Assembly (NCBI GenBank): GCA_965216465.1
Contig: CBDCFW010000003.1
Coordinates: forward strand, 160,001 to 224,000
Direction of reading: 5' to 3'
Length of the DNA stretch: 64,000 nucleotides
From: Bacteroidia bacterium
Lineage (GTDB): Bacteria; Bacteroidota; Bacteroidia; NS11-12g; UBA9320
Shown here: in pieces, positions 30,158 through 40,723 of the stretch
Numbering within the stretch: the first letter of the stretch is position 1
How the letters are laid out: every line of letters starts with the position of its first letter
Notes under the pieces: model-generated
What the model was told of the DNA's origin: nothing
Seen by the model: the letters and a program-made list of their open reading frames with translations, nothing else
The model's database searches: none
Translations under genes and position numbers: made by a program

Positions 30158-31102
30158 ATGAGACACGTAATAGCATTAGGAATTTTGTTGAGCACAATGT
30201 TTTCGTACGCCCATAAAGCCGATTCTGTAGGAACAAAGGTTAAAAATGGCAAGGTTTACATTATGCACAAAGTGGTAAAAGGAGATGGGCTGTATAAGAT
30301 CAGCAAGATGTATGGGGTGCCGTTAAAAGCTATTGTAGATGAAAATCCAGGGTCAGACAAAGTCATTAAGCTTGATCATATACTTTTAATTCCAACCGGA
30401 CAGGATGCTGTGATGGAAGAGAAAGTTGTTACCGACTATTTTGAGAATACCGAAATAGCCAATACCGAGCCTGACGTGGATGAGCCGGCCGAAACAGGAA
30501 CCACCGAGGTGGCCACTTTTGCAAAATACCATACGGTAATGGCTGGTGAAACGTTGTACGGAATATCTTTAAAATACAATACGAGTGTTGAGATGATTCA
30601 AAACCTCAACAATATGACAGGTACCGCATTGCGAGAAGGGCAGAAGCTGTTGGTTCAAGATGGAAAGGCTGAATCTACAACCGTTTCTATTGTTGAAGAT
30701 GACTACGATGCCATGCGTGACCGAATGACAGAAAACCACTACGAAGATTTAGGCTTTGATACAGCTGTTCAAACCGAAACGAATGTTAGCTCAACGGGAT
30801 ACAGCATCAAAATAGAGAAGCTGGTTGAATACAATATCGAAAAAGTGGAAGAGACAGGAACTGCATCTATTGATGTAATCAATGTTCCTTTAGATAAGAA
30901 CTTTGCTCATCACTTCAACGCTCCGGTAGGAACCGTAATTATGGTTACCAACCCAGAAAACACCAAAAGCGTGTTCATAAAAGTGACGGGCAATTTCAAT
31001 CGACCCGATTCTAGTGCCGAAATTATACGATTATCTGAACAATCAGCAAATCAGATTGGATTTACCGGTGATGGCAAAATCCTATTGAGCTATGCCCGTT
31101 AA
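30158..31102 (+). CDS. LysM-domain protein with C-terminal RlpA-like double-psi beta-barrel
   Basis: Two LysM repeats (HKVVKGDGLYKISKMYGV, HTVMAGETLYGISLKYNT) and PVGTVIMVTNPEN-KSVFIKV. Confidence 0.8.
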   Translation: MRHVIALGILLSTMFSYAHKADSVGTKVKNGKVYIMHKVVKGDGLYKISKMYGVPLKAIVDENPGSDKVIKLDHILLIPTGQDAVMEEKVVTDYFENTEIANTEPDVDEPAETGTTEVATFAKYHTVMAGETLYGISLKYNTSVEMIQNLNNMTGTALREGQKLLVQDGKAESTTVSIVEDDYDAMRDRMTENHYEDLGFDTAVQTETNVSSTGYSIKIEKLVEYNIEKVEETGTASIDVINVPLDKNFAHHFNAPVGTVIMVTNPENTKSVFIKVTGNFNRPDSSAEIIRLSEQSANQIGFTGDGKILLSYAR

Positions 31103-32297
31103 GGCAATTTCAAAAGTTTATTTCTACGCACTTCTTATGGGCTTTGCAGCCCTGTGGATTTCTCCTTTTGCTGTTAGCTTATCAACAGGGATTATTGCAC
31201 TTACAGTTCTCATTTCATTCAAGCAAATATGGACTGATTATCGCTCACATGTAATACTTGTTGCTTTATTTATCATTCTCGGATCTATTGACTTTTTGAG
31301 AGGCGGTGACACGCAGAAAGTCTCTGCCAAACTTATGTTACTAGCGGGATTCGCATTTCTTCATTTAGGGGCGTTGCTTCATCTGAAAAGGAAATCAGAC
31401 ATCGTGAACTTGCTACTGATAGCAAGTTCAATTGTTGCTGTCATTAACATTCATTCAGTTGTTAATTATTTGATTAACAAGGAAGTATATGATCAGATGT
31501 TGCTTCAGTCAAAGGCAATTTCAATATTTAACATGCACCATATTCATTTTGGTGTTATCAATGCACTTAGCATTTTTAGTTTGATAGGATGCCTCGTTTA
31601 TGCTCTGATTGAAAAACCGATAATGAAAAAAGTCGCATGGGGGCTGTTGGTTATTTTAACCGTTTGTTTTCACATCCTTAGCTCTCGAACGGGACTCATC
31701 GCCTTCTATTCAAGTATTGTATTCACTGTTTTTGTTTTTGCCATTAGCAGACGAGAATTTAAGAAACTATTGTTAGTAATTGGTGGGCTTTGTCTTTTGT
31801 TAATCAGCAGTTATTATTTAGTGCAACCCTTTCAAAATAAGGTATATAACTCATTAGAGGATATTGAAAGCTGGAGAGACGGGGGTGATATTAACTTTAA
31901 ATCGATGGGTATGCGTTTCGAAGCTTACAGAATGTGTAATGCCATTATAGCGGACCATTCATGGATAGGCGTGGGTGCAGGACACCAAGAAAGAAGCATG
32001 CAAGAAATGTACGTAAAGAAAAACACAGTATTAGAACCCATTAATCGTATTGGTCCACATAATCAGTTTCTAGAGTTTGGAGTGAAATATGGTATTCTGG
32101 GAATAATCTTAATTGGAGCTTACTTTCTGGTGTTTGTAAGAGATGCTAACGTCAGTTCGTATATGTTTTTGGGAGTTTTATGCGTTTTATTCGTGTCGAT
32201 GCAATTTGAGTCGCTCTTAGAACGACAAACTAGCATCTATTTTGTTACTCTTTTTACGGGAGTTGGGTACAATCTCTTTAGAAAAAGTGATTATTAG
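31092..32297 (+). CDS. O-antigen ligase family protein
   Basis: Multi-TM protein with SSRTG, R-----------W-GVG-G and PHNQFLE motifs. Confidence 0.85.
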   Translation: MPVKAISKVYFYALLMGFAALWISPFAVSLSTGIIALTVLISFKQIWTDYRSHVILVALFIILGSIDFLRGGDTQKVSAKLMLLAGFAFLHLGALLHLKRKSDIVNLLLIASSIVAVINIHSVVNYLINKEVYDQMLLQSKAISIFNMHHIHFGVINALSIFSLIGCLVYALIEKPIMKKVAWGLLVILTVCFHILSSRTGLIAFYSSIVFTVFVFAISRREFKKLLLVIGGLCLLLISSYYLVQPFQNKVYNSLEDIESWRDGGDINFKSMGMRFEAYRMCNAIIADHSWIGVGAGHQERSMQEMYVKKNTVLEPINRIGPHNQFLEFGVKYGILGIILIGAYFLVFVRDANVSSYMFLGVLCVLFVSMQFESLLERQTSIYFVTLFTGVGYNLFRKSDY

Positions 32298-32349
32298 ACT
32301 AAAATGACGCTCTCGGAAGGAGTTTAGCACTATTTTTGATATAATACCG

Positions 32350-33111
32350 ATGATGAGATATTTGTTTATAGGATTGGCTTGTTTGATTGCATCTGTTGGA
32401 TTTGCACAAACAGACGAGAAAAAGGAATTTGAAGATAAGTTCTTCTTAGGCGTGGCATCTTCATATTATGTAGATTTCGTAACAACTCCGTTGAGAGTGA
32501 GTTATGAACCTACAGGGAATACTATTCCGGTAGTCGATCCCAACGATACAACTAAAACCATTTTTATTGATGAATTCGCTGATGTACCAGCTCAAACTTC
32601 ATATGTGTCGTATTTCTCCTTTGGTTTAGAGCCTAGATTTAATATCCATGAAATAAGCGAAAATCTTGCTTTTGCAGTGTCTGCACCTGTTACCATAGGC
32701 TTTGGAACTGCTTTAGCTACAAATTCAGACGTTAAAGGAATTCAAGGCTTTGGGTCTATACAGGTACCCGTTATGGCTAAGTTGTATCTCGGTTCGGGGT
32801 CCACTTACGATACTAACGAAGACTTTGGTATCAGCATTGGAGCAGGTGCCGAGTTAAACAAAATTGCGTTGTTTAGCCCAAATGTTGAAACAAAAGATCA
32901 GGACTTGAACAAAGCTTGGATAATGCCAGCTGTTACAGGTGGTGTTCATTTTTGGAGAGGAAGCTCTCCAATGGAAGTGAATATCAAATATGGATTTGGC
33001 AGAATTCAGTCGTATACACACGATCGTTATGGCCAGCCACTAAGCACCGGTGAACGGTTTACTCGAGCCAACTCGATTAAGTTGACCTTCATCTATTTAA
33101 TGAACTACTAA
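32350..33111 (+). CDS. Exported hypothetical protein, probable outer-membrane beta-barrel
   Basis: Signal peptide ending FAQ, alternating beta-strand pattern, aromatic C-terminus. Confidence 0.55.
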   Translation: MMRYLFIGLACLIASVGFAQTDEKKEFEDKFFLGVASSYYVDFVTTPLRVSYEPTGNTIPVVDPNDTTKTIFIDEFADVPAQTSYVSYFSFGLEPRFNIHEISENLAFAVSAPVTIGFGTALATNSDVKGIQGFGSIQVPVMAKLYLGSGSTYDTNEDFGISIGAGAELNKIALFSPNVETKDQDLNKAWIMPAVTGGVHFWRGSSPMEVNIKYGFGRIQSYTHDRYGQPLSTGERFTRANSIKLTFIYLMNY

Positions 33112-34742
33112 CGCCAGTAGTCTTGAACGATGGCCTGACCATCAAGCGAGTCAGCACTTATTCCTAACAGGAATAATATACTCGGAGCAATGTCAACCGT
33201 TGTCACTTCATAGGACACGTGACTCCCTGAAAATCTCCCTCCATAAAATACAATTGGAACTTGAGAATCATAATTATAAGGCGTACCATGGCTTGTTCCT
33301 CCTTTACTCTTGTTAATTAAGGTGTAAGGTCTTCCCAAAATCTCAATAAAAAGACTGTTGTTGCGATGGTAGTTGTGGTAAAAAGAAAGGTGATAATCTT
33401 TAGGTCCATCGGCGCTTTCCAGCTCAAAGCCATTAAATGTTGTTACGATATAATCAAGTTTCTCTAATCCTGCACATAAATGCTCTACCAACTGAAGGCT
33501 ATCAACGTCCGTGCCCTCCAGAGCCTTAAAATTGGGTTCTATACCATTGTACTTGTAGTCAACAATAGGGTATCCGTTTAAGTTAAGTTCATCTTGCGTA
33601 GCCAATGCAACGTTTTCAAGGTCACTTTTGAATTGAGCAGAAGAGATCCGAGATATGCTGTCTGATTCTGCCATGTTTTCGGGAATAGGACATACTCCAT
33701 GATCAGAAGTGAGCACCAATACATAGTTCTCTTTTCCTACTGTGCTATCTAAGAATGAAATAAAATCTCCGAGATATTTATCAAACTTGAAGTAGTAGTC
33801 TAATACCTCCATGCTTTTAGGTCCAAAGTGATGACCGATGTAGTCACTTGCCGACAATCCTATACTGAGTGCATCTACATGATCATCTTGGCCCAAGCCT
33901 TCGGATGAAATCAATTGTTTTGCGAACTCTAATAAGAACTTGTCGCCGTAAGGGGTATTCCACAGAAAGTTTCCTTTGCGTTTATTACCAGCATATGCTG
34001 AATCGAGATTAGCTATTGTATGTGGGAAATAAGAGCTAAAAGCTGCTTCTTCATAAATATTGGTGTCTTGGCGAGTGTAACTTGTAACTGCAGATTTGGG
34101 AACCTCAAAGTGCCAGCCTTTTTCTATCTCTTTAGCCATGACATCACCTGCTTTAAATTGCTTAACCCAAGCAGGAAAGGGAGCGTTGTAGCTTTTGGTA
34201 CTAACCATTTGAGTTGATTTTGAATCAAACCAAAAAGACCTGTCAGCATGCTTTCCACCCATTAAAATGGATGTACGATCCTTTAAACTTACGCTGTAGC
34301 TCTTACTTTTAGGGTCAGCAGCTTTTATCAGGTCACCATAAGATTGGCGTTCTAGGTTTTTTGGAGAAACTGTTTTTAATGAGCAGCTATCAATTCCTTC
34401 GAACAAGGCAGTTGAATCATATACAGCATATTCTAGATGTTGAAGTTGCCTGTTAAAAATTGAATTTCCGCTTATGCCATGATGACGAGGGAAGCACCCC
34501 GTTGCGATAGTGGCGTGTCCAACAGCCGTGTTTGTACAAGAATGGGTATGCACAGCAAGGTCAAAAGAGGTGCCGTTAGCATCTAACTCTGTGAGTCCAT
34601 GTGAAAAAGCCGGTTTAAACTCGTTTAAAAAGTCTCCGCACATTTGGTCTACACTCATTACTATTACCAATTTTGGCTTGTTTTGGGTGGAAGAATTACA
34701 GGCAATTAAACCAAATAGAAGAATCGGAAGAAGTTTTTTCAC
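33108..34742 (-). CDS. PafA-type alkaline phosphatase family lipoprotein (GTG start 34742)
   Basis: Lipobox LIAC, PKLVIV-SVDQ, TAVGHATIATG (Thr nucleophile), KDR, DYIGHHFGP, TSDHG, HGTPY. Confidence 0.88.
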   Translation of the reverse strand: MKKLLPILLFGLIACNSSTQNKPKLVIVMSVDQMCGDFLNEFKPAFSHGLTELDANGTSFDLAVHTHSCTNTAVGHATIATGCFPRHHGISGNSIFNRQLQHLEYAVYDSTALFEGIDSCSLKTVSPKNLERQSYGDLIKAADPKSKSYSVSLKDRTSILMGGKHADRSFWFDSKSTQMVSTKSYNAPFPAWVKQFKAGDVMAKEIEKGWHFEVPKSAVTSYTRQDTNIYEEAAFSSYFPHTIANLDSAYAGNKRKGNFLWNTPYGDKFLLEFAKQLISSEGLGQDDHVDALSIGLSASDYIGHHFGPKSMEVLDYYFKFDKYLGDFISFLDSTVGKENYVLVLTSDHGVCPIPENMAESDSISRISSAQFKSDLENVALATQDELNLNGYPIVDYKYNGIEPNFKALEGTDVDSLQLVEHLCAGLEKLDYIVTTFNGFELESADGPKDYHLSFYHNYHRNNSLFIEILGRPYTLINKSKGGTSHGTPYNYDSQVPIVFYGGRFSGSHVSYEVTTVDIAPSILFLLGISADSLDGQAIVQDYWR

Positions 34743-34849
34743 GTTGCAAATTAAAAGCGAGTAATGTTTTCTTAAAGTAAAAAAATCAAAAAATAGAACC
34801 TTTGTAAATTCATTCTTGTTAATCCTGCAATTGCAATTCATATTTGCCT

Positions 34850-37138
34850 ATGCCTAAATTTTTAATCGCCATCCTTGTTTTTATGCTGAGTAGTCAGGTT
34901 TATGGGCAGCGTATTCTTAGAGGGAAGGTTGTTGATGCTAACGAAAATCCCATTTCCAATGCAAAAATTGAAGAATTAGGGAGCACAAATGTGGCATTTA
35001 GTGACTTTGATGGCCGATTTGAGATGAGGTATTACAGTGAAGAAGATATTCTCTTGTTTTCACATCCTCAATTTGATTCGCTTAGAGTAAACTTTTTTGC
35101 CAATCGTGAATTGGTAGTTTTTCTAAACTTAAAAGCAGATAATAATCCGTATAACCTAGGAGGAACAGTTGGCTTTTTAGATTTTGATCAGAAAATTCCG
35201 AATAAAAGGCTCGAAAACATGCCTTACATTTTAGGTCAGGCTGATATTAACAGACAGCTGCAAAATCTGCCAGGAATAGAACACGGTAACGAAGGATTTA
35301 GTAATCTCTTTATTAGGGGAGGAGATGTCGATCAAAACCTTATGCTCTATAACGGCACGCCGATTTACAACTTTAACCATGCTTTTGGTGCGGCATCTGT
35401 TTTTCACAGCAAGAGCATAGGAAATACTAAGGTTTATAAAGGAATTGCACCTGCTAGATATGGAGGAAGAGCTTCGTCAGTGATAGAAGTTGAAAGTGCC
35501 AAAGATGCTGAATTTAGTGGAGTAAAGGGCGAGTTTGAGATCAACCCGATGAGCGGTGGTTTGTATATTGAAAGCATTAAAAAGAACAAGAGTTATTTCA
35601 CCATTTCTGCAAGGAGGTCTTGGATAGATTTGTTATTTCCTGTTGAAACCCGACAAAATTCGTTCAACTTTAACTTTTATGATATTCAGACCAATTTCGG
35701 CTTTAAGCTTGAAAATGATGATAGACTAGATTTTAGTATAATGGGAACACGAGATTTGTATTTCCTGTCTATACTTATTGAATCTGACTCAAATACCTCA
35801 GAATCAGCAAAGTATAACATACTTAGAAAGTGGTCAAATCTCTTGTCATCGGTAAAGTACACCCAAAAAATTGATGCTAAAATGGTAGCTGAGCACTCTA
35901 TTCATTACTCTCAGTTCAAAAGCACGATTGGTTTAAGTGAAGAAGTGCTGATCAATGATTTTAATACCCCAAATCCATACGGTGAAGAGCTATTAAACAG
36001 AGGAGTACGCGATATAATTTTGCGTTCAAATTGGAATAGAATATTAAGCAATCGAAACCACTTGAATTTTGGCCTTGAATCAAATATTCGTTCATTTTTA
36101 GTCGGAAACTATGTATACAATTCGCGTAATTATCCAGGACAAGAAGATAACAGTATTGAGTTAGGAAGCAGCAAATATAAAGCTTCATTTGAGAATAGTC
36201 TTTACATAGAAAATCAATATCAAGTTACTGAAAAATTTAAAGCTAATTACGGAGCAAGAGCTACCTTTTTTATGTATGATGGTTATTCAGCAACAGGATT
36301 TCAGCCTAGGGTTAATGCTATTTACAAACTTGATGACAAAAGTGTAATGAAATTTGGGTATAACGCTCATAACCAGTTCTTACATCTTTTAAATTTAGGA
36401 GAGAGTGGAGATATATGGAATGTTTGGGCACCTGCAACTGAGCTCGTTAAACCACAAGTTTCTCACATTGCAGAAGTTGGTTATGAACGTCTTGTTGGTA
36501 CAAAATATGCGTTGATGGCGAATGCGTATTATAAATACATGAATAACTTAACTCGAATTTCGAACCGTGACGACGTTACAGATCCTTCGAAAGATTGGCA
36601 AAGTGCAGTGTTTCAAGGTTCAGGGAGCTCTTATGGTTTAGAAATAATGTTCCAAAAAAATGAAGGAGACCTCACAGGGTGGTTAAGTTATACCCTAGCA
36701 AAGAGCTCTAGAAATTTTCCAGACCTTTATGAGGATGACTTTTTGTTCAACCATGACCGTACCCACATGTTAAAATTTTATATGAACGTGGTTACTTATG
36801 GGGATTGGAATTTTGGGGTGAACTTTCTTGTTGGAAGCGGTCAGCTCTATACATTACCTATAGGTCGTTTCAGAGATTTGTCGGGTAACATTCAATTAGA
36901 ATACAATACCTTGAACAATTACCGCAGTCCGGTATACCATCGTATAGATTTTAGCTTTATTCGAATTAAAGATTTAATAGGACCAGAACAACAATGGAAG
37001 TTCTATCTATACAATGCATATGGTGCACGAAACCCATCTAATATTAACGCTCAGTTTGAGGGTGGTCTAAACGGATTACAAATTGAAAGGAACTATCTAG
37101 CTTATGTTCCAGGTGTTGCTTACATATTAAAGTTTTAA
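34850..37138 (+). CDS. TonB-dependent receptor
   Basis: N-terminal carboxypeptidase-regulatory-like domain, plug (LPG...IRGG--DQN...PARYGGR-SSVI), barrel ending in Phe. Confidence 0.88.
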   Translation: MPKFLIAILVFMLSSQVYGQRILRGKVVDANENPISNAKIEELGSTNVAFSDFDGRFEMRYYSEEDILLFSHPQFDSLRVNFFANRELVVFLNLKADNNPYNLGGTVGFLDFDQKIPNKRLENMPYILGQADINRQLQNLPGIEHGNEGFSNLFIRGGDVDQNLMLYNGTPIYNFNHAFGAASVFHSKSIGNTKVYKGIAPARYGGRASSVIEVESAKDAEFSGVKGEFEINPMSGGLYIESIKKNKSYFTISARRSWIDLLFPVETRQNSFNFNFYDIQTNFGFKLENDDRLDFSIMGTRDLYFLSILIESDSNTSESAKYNILRKWSNLLSSVKYTQKIDAKMVAEHSIHYSQFKSTIGLSEEVLINDFNTPNPYGEELLNRGVRDIILRSNWNRILSNRNHLNFGLESNIRSFLVGNYVYNSRNYPGQEDNSIELGSSKYKASFENSLYIENQYQVTEKFKANYGARATFFMYDGYSATGFQPRVNAIYKLDDKSVMKFGYNAHNQFLHLLNLGESGDIWNVWAPATELVKPQVSHIAEVGYERLVGTKYALMANAYYKYMNNLTRISNRDDVTDPSKDWQSAVFQGSGSSYGLEIMFQKNEGDLTGWLSYTLAKSSRNFPDLYEDDFLFNHDRTHMLKFYMNVVTYGDWNFGVNFLVGSGQLYTLPIGRFRDLSGNIQLEYNTLNNYRSPVYHRIDFSFIRIKDLIGPEQQWKFYLYNAYGARNPSNINAQFEGGLNGLQIERNYLAYVPGVAYILKF

Positions 37139-37139
37139 A

Positions 37140-38015
37140 ATGAGAGGAAAATTATATATCGTAGTATTAGCTGTCTTGAGCTCTGGGTGTTTTATTGATA
37201 CAATAAAACCTGAAGAACTATTAGATTACCAGGAAAAAGTTGTTGTTAATGGAGTGTTAACCACTCAAGGCGGAATTAGTTTAGAGATAACAGACAGTAG
37301 GTCATCTTTTGATTCGATATTTCCTAAATTAATTAGGGATGCCGAAGTAGTCGTTATACAAAATCAACTTGAAATACCGCTTACATTCGATCTGTTTTCG
37401 GAACAGTATGTAGCCAATAATAAATTAGAAGAAAGCGATGCAATTACGTTATCTGTTAAGCATCCAGATTTTCCATTTGCATCTTCAATACTTCGTATGC
37501 CTCGTTCAATCAATGCTTCAGCTACACTGATAGAAGATGGGGCAATTGACACCAGTGGAAACATCACAGATTTGGTTGAAGTAACTTTCGAAGATCAACC
37601 AGGAACAAAGAACTTCTATGTTATTAACTTCTATTATCGAAATGAAACACTGAATCAGTACATTCCGATTGCCTTCCCAACGACCGACCCTTCATTGGCA
37701 GAATACAACTCATTTTTATTAAATAATGCAGGTGTTCTTTTTACCGACGATTTGTTTAACGGTTCAACCAAGACAATTTCGTTGGTTCCTGTTGCAGATT
37801 TGGTGTCTGGCAATACGGGTGACAAATACAAGGTTGAGCTTATGAGTGTAACGGAAGATTTGTTTAAGTACTACAAGTCGTTGCAGCGTGCTCAAGATGC
37901 CAGAGAAATCTCATTCGATGCAGGATATAACAACGCCGTAGTTATTCATTCTAACATAAGAAATGGCTTAGGAATTTTGGGTGGTGCAACCGTAAACGAG
38001 TTGATTTTAAACTAG
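37140..38015 (+). CDS. DUF4249 family lipoprotein, probable partner of the upstream TBDR
   Basis: Lipobox SSGC, KVVVNG-L, F-D-PG--NFY, C-terminal SNI-NGLG--G. Confidence 0.75.
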   Translation: MRGKLYIVVLAVLSSGCFIDTIKPEELLDYQEKVVVNGVLTTQGGISLEITDSRSSFDSIFPKLIRDAEVVVIQNQLEIPLTFDLFSEQYVANNKLEESDAITLSVKHPDFPFASSILRMPRSINASATLIEDGAIDTSGNITDLVEVTFEDQPGTKNFYVINFYYRNETLNQYIPIAFPTTDPSLAEYNSFLLNNAGVLFTDDLFNGSTKTISLVPVADLVSGNTGDKYKVELMSVTEDLFKYYKSLQRAQDAREISFDAGYNNAVVIHSNIRNGLGILGGATVNELILN

Positions 38016-38080
38016 AATAGTACCGTCGTTAAATAATTAGAAACTTTTATCAATTAAAAGGTTAGCTTGCGACCCAATTT

Positions 38081-40399
38081 ATGAGCCGATTTTTATATCT
38101 ACTTATTCTGGTTTCATTGACCGCAATTAGCTTTGGTCAAACAGGAATTTTACGCGGTGTTGTAAAGGATGCTGAAACCGGAGAAGAAATCGTTTCTGCT
38201 GTTATCACATTAACCGAAACACACCAAGGCTCCTATTCAGATGAAAGAGGTATTTACAGTGTAAATAGAATTGCTCCAGGCGAGTATACGGTCTTGGCTT
38301 CTTTCATTGGCTACGACTCAACGTATTTTACGATTAAGGTTGCAGCTGATCAAATTGTAACTAAGAACATTTTTCTTTATTCCAGTGCCAATACCATTGG
38401 AACTATAAAAGTATCAGCCGAAAAGCTTCGAAAAAAGAAGGAAGTTTACATTTCTCAAGTATCCATAGAACCAAAGCAGCTTGAACGTATTCCATCAGTA
38501 GGAGGAGAGCCTGATTTAGTTCAGTACTTACAAGTACTGCCTGGAGTGGTTTTTTCTGGAGACCAAGGAGGTCAGCTCTATATCAGAGGTGGTTCTCCTG
38601 TTATGAATCGTGTTATGATGGATGGCTTAACCATTTACAACCCTTTTCATTCCATAGGACTTTTTTCTGTTTTTGATAGCGACATATTAAAAGACGTAGA
38701 TGTTTATTCTGCTGGGTTTAGTGCAGAATACGGAGGAAGAATCTCTGCAATTGTTGATGTCAGAACGCGTGAAGGAAATAAAAATGAGTTTAAGGGAAAA
38801 ATAAATGCCAGTCCTTTTAACGCCAAGGTACTTCTAGAAGGCCCATTGAAGGCATATGAGCAAGGCAAGAACCACAGTAGTTACATTCTGTCTTATAAAA
38901 ACTCGTATTTAGGAAACTCGGCACCCATAATCTACCCCTATGTAAATGATGGCGTTTTACCTTATTCATTTAGCGATTTGTATGCAAAGCTATCATTTAA
39001 CTCAGCTGATGGAAGCAAGGCCAATATATTTGGTTTCAATTACCAAGATAATGTAGACTTTCCTAACTCTACATCGTATAATTGGGTTGCTAATGGGGCA
39101 GGAGTTAATTTCTTGCTTATTCCAGGAACTAGTAAGACCATCATTGACGGCTCTATAACGTATAGCGATTACGAAATTCGCCAGAAAGAGAGCGATAATA
39201 GACCAAGACGTTCAGCAATTAACGGTTACAACGTTAACTTAAACTTCACCTACTTACAGCGTGAAGACGATAAATTGAAGTATGGTTTGGAAATGAACGG
39301 GTTCCAAACCGATTTTGAAATTTATAATAGCTTTGGTAGAAGAATTAATCAGAAAGAGAATACTACAGAAATCAACGGATATTTAAACTATCTACGCAAT
39401 TTCAATAAGAAATTTCTGTTAGAGACTGGTATTCGTCTTCAACGCTATGCCAGCTTGCAAGAAAACAGTCTGGAGCCTAGAATACGAGCTAAATATATAG
39501 CAGGAACTCGCTTACGTTTCAAAGCGTCTGCAGGGCGGTATTCTCAAAACTTAATGAGCGCAGTTAGTGACAGAGACGTAGTAAACTTGTTCTATGGATT
39601 TTTAAGTGGGCCTAAAGACCTTCCTGAAGAATTTAAAGGCAATGAGGTCACATCACGTTTGCAAAAGGCTAATCACGCCGTATTTGGCTTTGAATTTGAT
39701 TTGAACGCAAATTCGGAGTTGAATATTGAAGCATATATCAAAGATTTTACTCAGATCACTAATATCAACAGAGATAAGATATTTGATAATATTCCAGAGA
39801 ATAATGATAAGCCAGATTATCTAAAGGTGAATTACATTATTGAAGAAGGTGTTGCGAAAGGCTACGACATTACGTATAAGTTTGAATCAGATAAATGGTA
39901 TATCTGGGCGGTTTACTCATACAATGTTGTGAATCGATTTGATGGACAACGCAACTATCAACCTCATTTTGATAGACGACACAATTTTAACTTCGTTAAT
40001 TCATACGATTTTGGTGAAAATAAGGAGTGGAGTGCCAATGTTCGTTGGAACTATGGTTCAGGCTTCCCATTTACGCTTACACAAGGATTTTATGAATTGC
40101 TAGACTTTAGCCAAGGAGCAACAACAGACTATACAACCGACAACGGTGAATTGGGAATATTATACGCAGACCTGAATACAGGCCGATTGCCATATTACCA
40201 TAGATTAGATGCTTCGATAAAGCGAACTTTCGAGATTAAGGATAAAAAGAAGGAGAATGAAGTTAAAAAGGTAGTAGCAATATTTTCGGTAACTAACGTG
40301 TACAACCGTGAAAATATATTCTATTTCAACAGGGTAGAGTACAAGAGAGAAAACCAATTGCCAGTACTGCCAAGCTTGTCGCTTAGCTATTCCTTTTAG
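38081..40399 (+). CDS. TonB-dependent receptor
   Basis: LRGVVKDAETGE, IPSVGGEPD----LQVLPGV, YIRGG, AEYGGRIS, C-terminal LSYSF. Confidence 0.9.
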   Translation: MSRFLYLLILVSLTAISFGQTGILRGVVKDAETGEEIVSAVITLTETHQGSYSDERGIYSVNRIAPGEYTVLASFIGYDSTYFTIKVAADQIVTKNIFLYSSANTIGTIKVSAEKLRKKKEVYISQVSIEPKQLERIPSVGGEPDLVQYLQVLPGVVFSGDQGGQLYIRGGSPVMNRVMMDGLTIYNPFHSIGLFSVFDSDILKDVDVYSAGFSAEYGGRISAIVDVRTREGNKNEFKGKINASPFNAKVLLEGPLKAYEQGKNHSSYILSYKNSYLGNSAPIIYPYVNDGVLPYSFSDLYAKLSFNSADGSKANIFGFNYQDNVDFPNSTSYNWVANGAGVNFLLIPGTSKTIIDGSITYSDYEIRQKESDNRPRRSAINGYNVNLNFTYLQREDDKLKYGLEMNGFQTDFEIYNSFGRRINQKENTTEINGYLNYLRNFNKKFLLETGIRLQRYASLQENSLEPRIRAKYIAGTRLRFKASAGRYSQNLMSAVSDRDVVNLFYGFLSGPKDLPEEFKGNEVTSRLQKANHAVFGFEFDLNANSELNIEAYIKDFTQITNINRDKIFDNIPENNDKPDYLKVNYIIEEGVAKGYDITYKFESDKWYIWAVYSYNVVNRFDGQRNYQPHFDRRHNFNFVNSYDFGENKEWSANVRWNYGSGFPFTLTQGFYELLDFSQGATTDYTTDNGELGILYADLNTGRLPYYHRLDASIKRTFEIKDKKKENEVKKVVAIFSVTNVYNRENIFYFNRVEYKRENQLPVLPSLSLSYSF

Positions 40400-40414
40400 T
40401 CAGTAAGCCTAATT

Positions 40415-40651
40415 TTAAATCAGTTCCAGAGAAGACGAATTACAAGATTCTTCTAAAACGATTTGAACCGAAGTTGGATTTGGTTGAAAGCTAATCGTGT
40501 CTAAAAGATCCATTTGGTCTTTAATTTGGAAGTATGCTTGAGACAATTCCTGGTCATTCAATACGAGAGAGAGTAAGCTTTGTTGCTTTTCTTCAGGAAA
40601 TTCGTTGTAGGCAAGAAGTACTAAATCATTTTGAGTAATGTCTTTTATCAT
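40415..40651 (-). CDS. Small hypothetical protein, anti-sigma-like N-terminal pattern
   Basis: TQNDLVLLAYNE----------L-D-EL---Y pattern recalls small Bacteroidota proteins found beside ECF sigma genes (from recall, not searched). Confidence 0.55.
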   Translation of the reverse strand: MIKDITQNDLVLLAYNEFPEEKQQSLLSLVLNDQELSQAYFQIKDQMDLLDTISFQPNPTSVQIVLEESCNSSSLELI

Positions 40652-40723
40652 ATAACATTCATTTTAGTTAAACTACATCATTAACGCCAAATTTTAGGAC
40701 GTAGTATAAATATTTTAAATTAA

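Noticed and set aside
30073-30252. Apparent overlap of nfeD with the LysM gene, and similar N-terminal extensions at 19906, 20725, 34841, 43491 and 46060
   Set aside because: These come from longest-ORF start calling. Downstream starts give proper signal peptides or family-typical N-termini.
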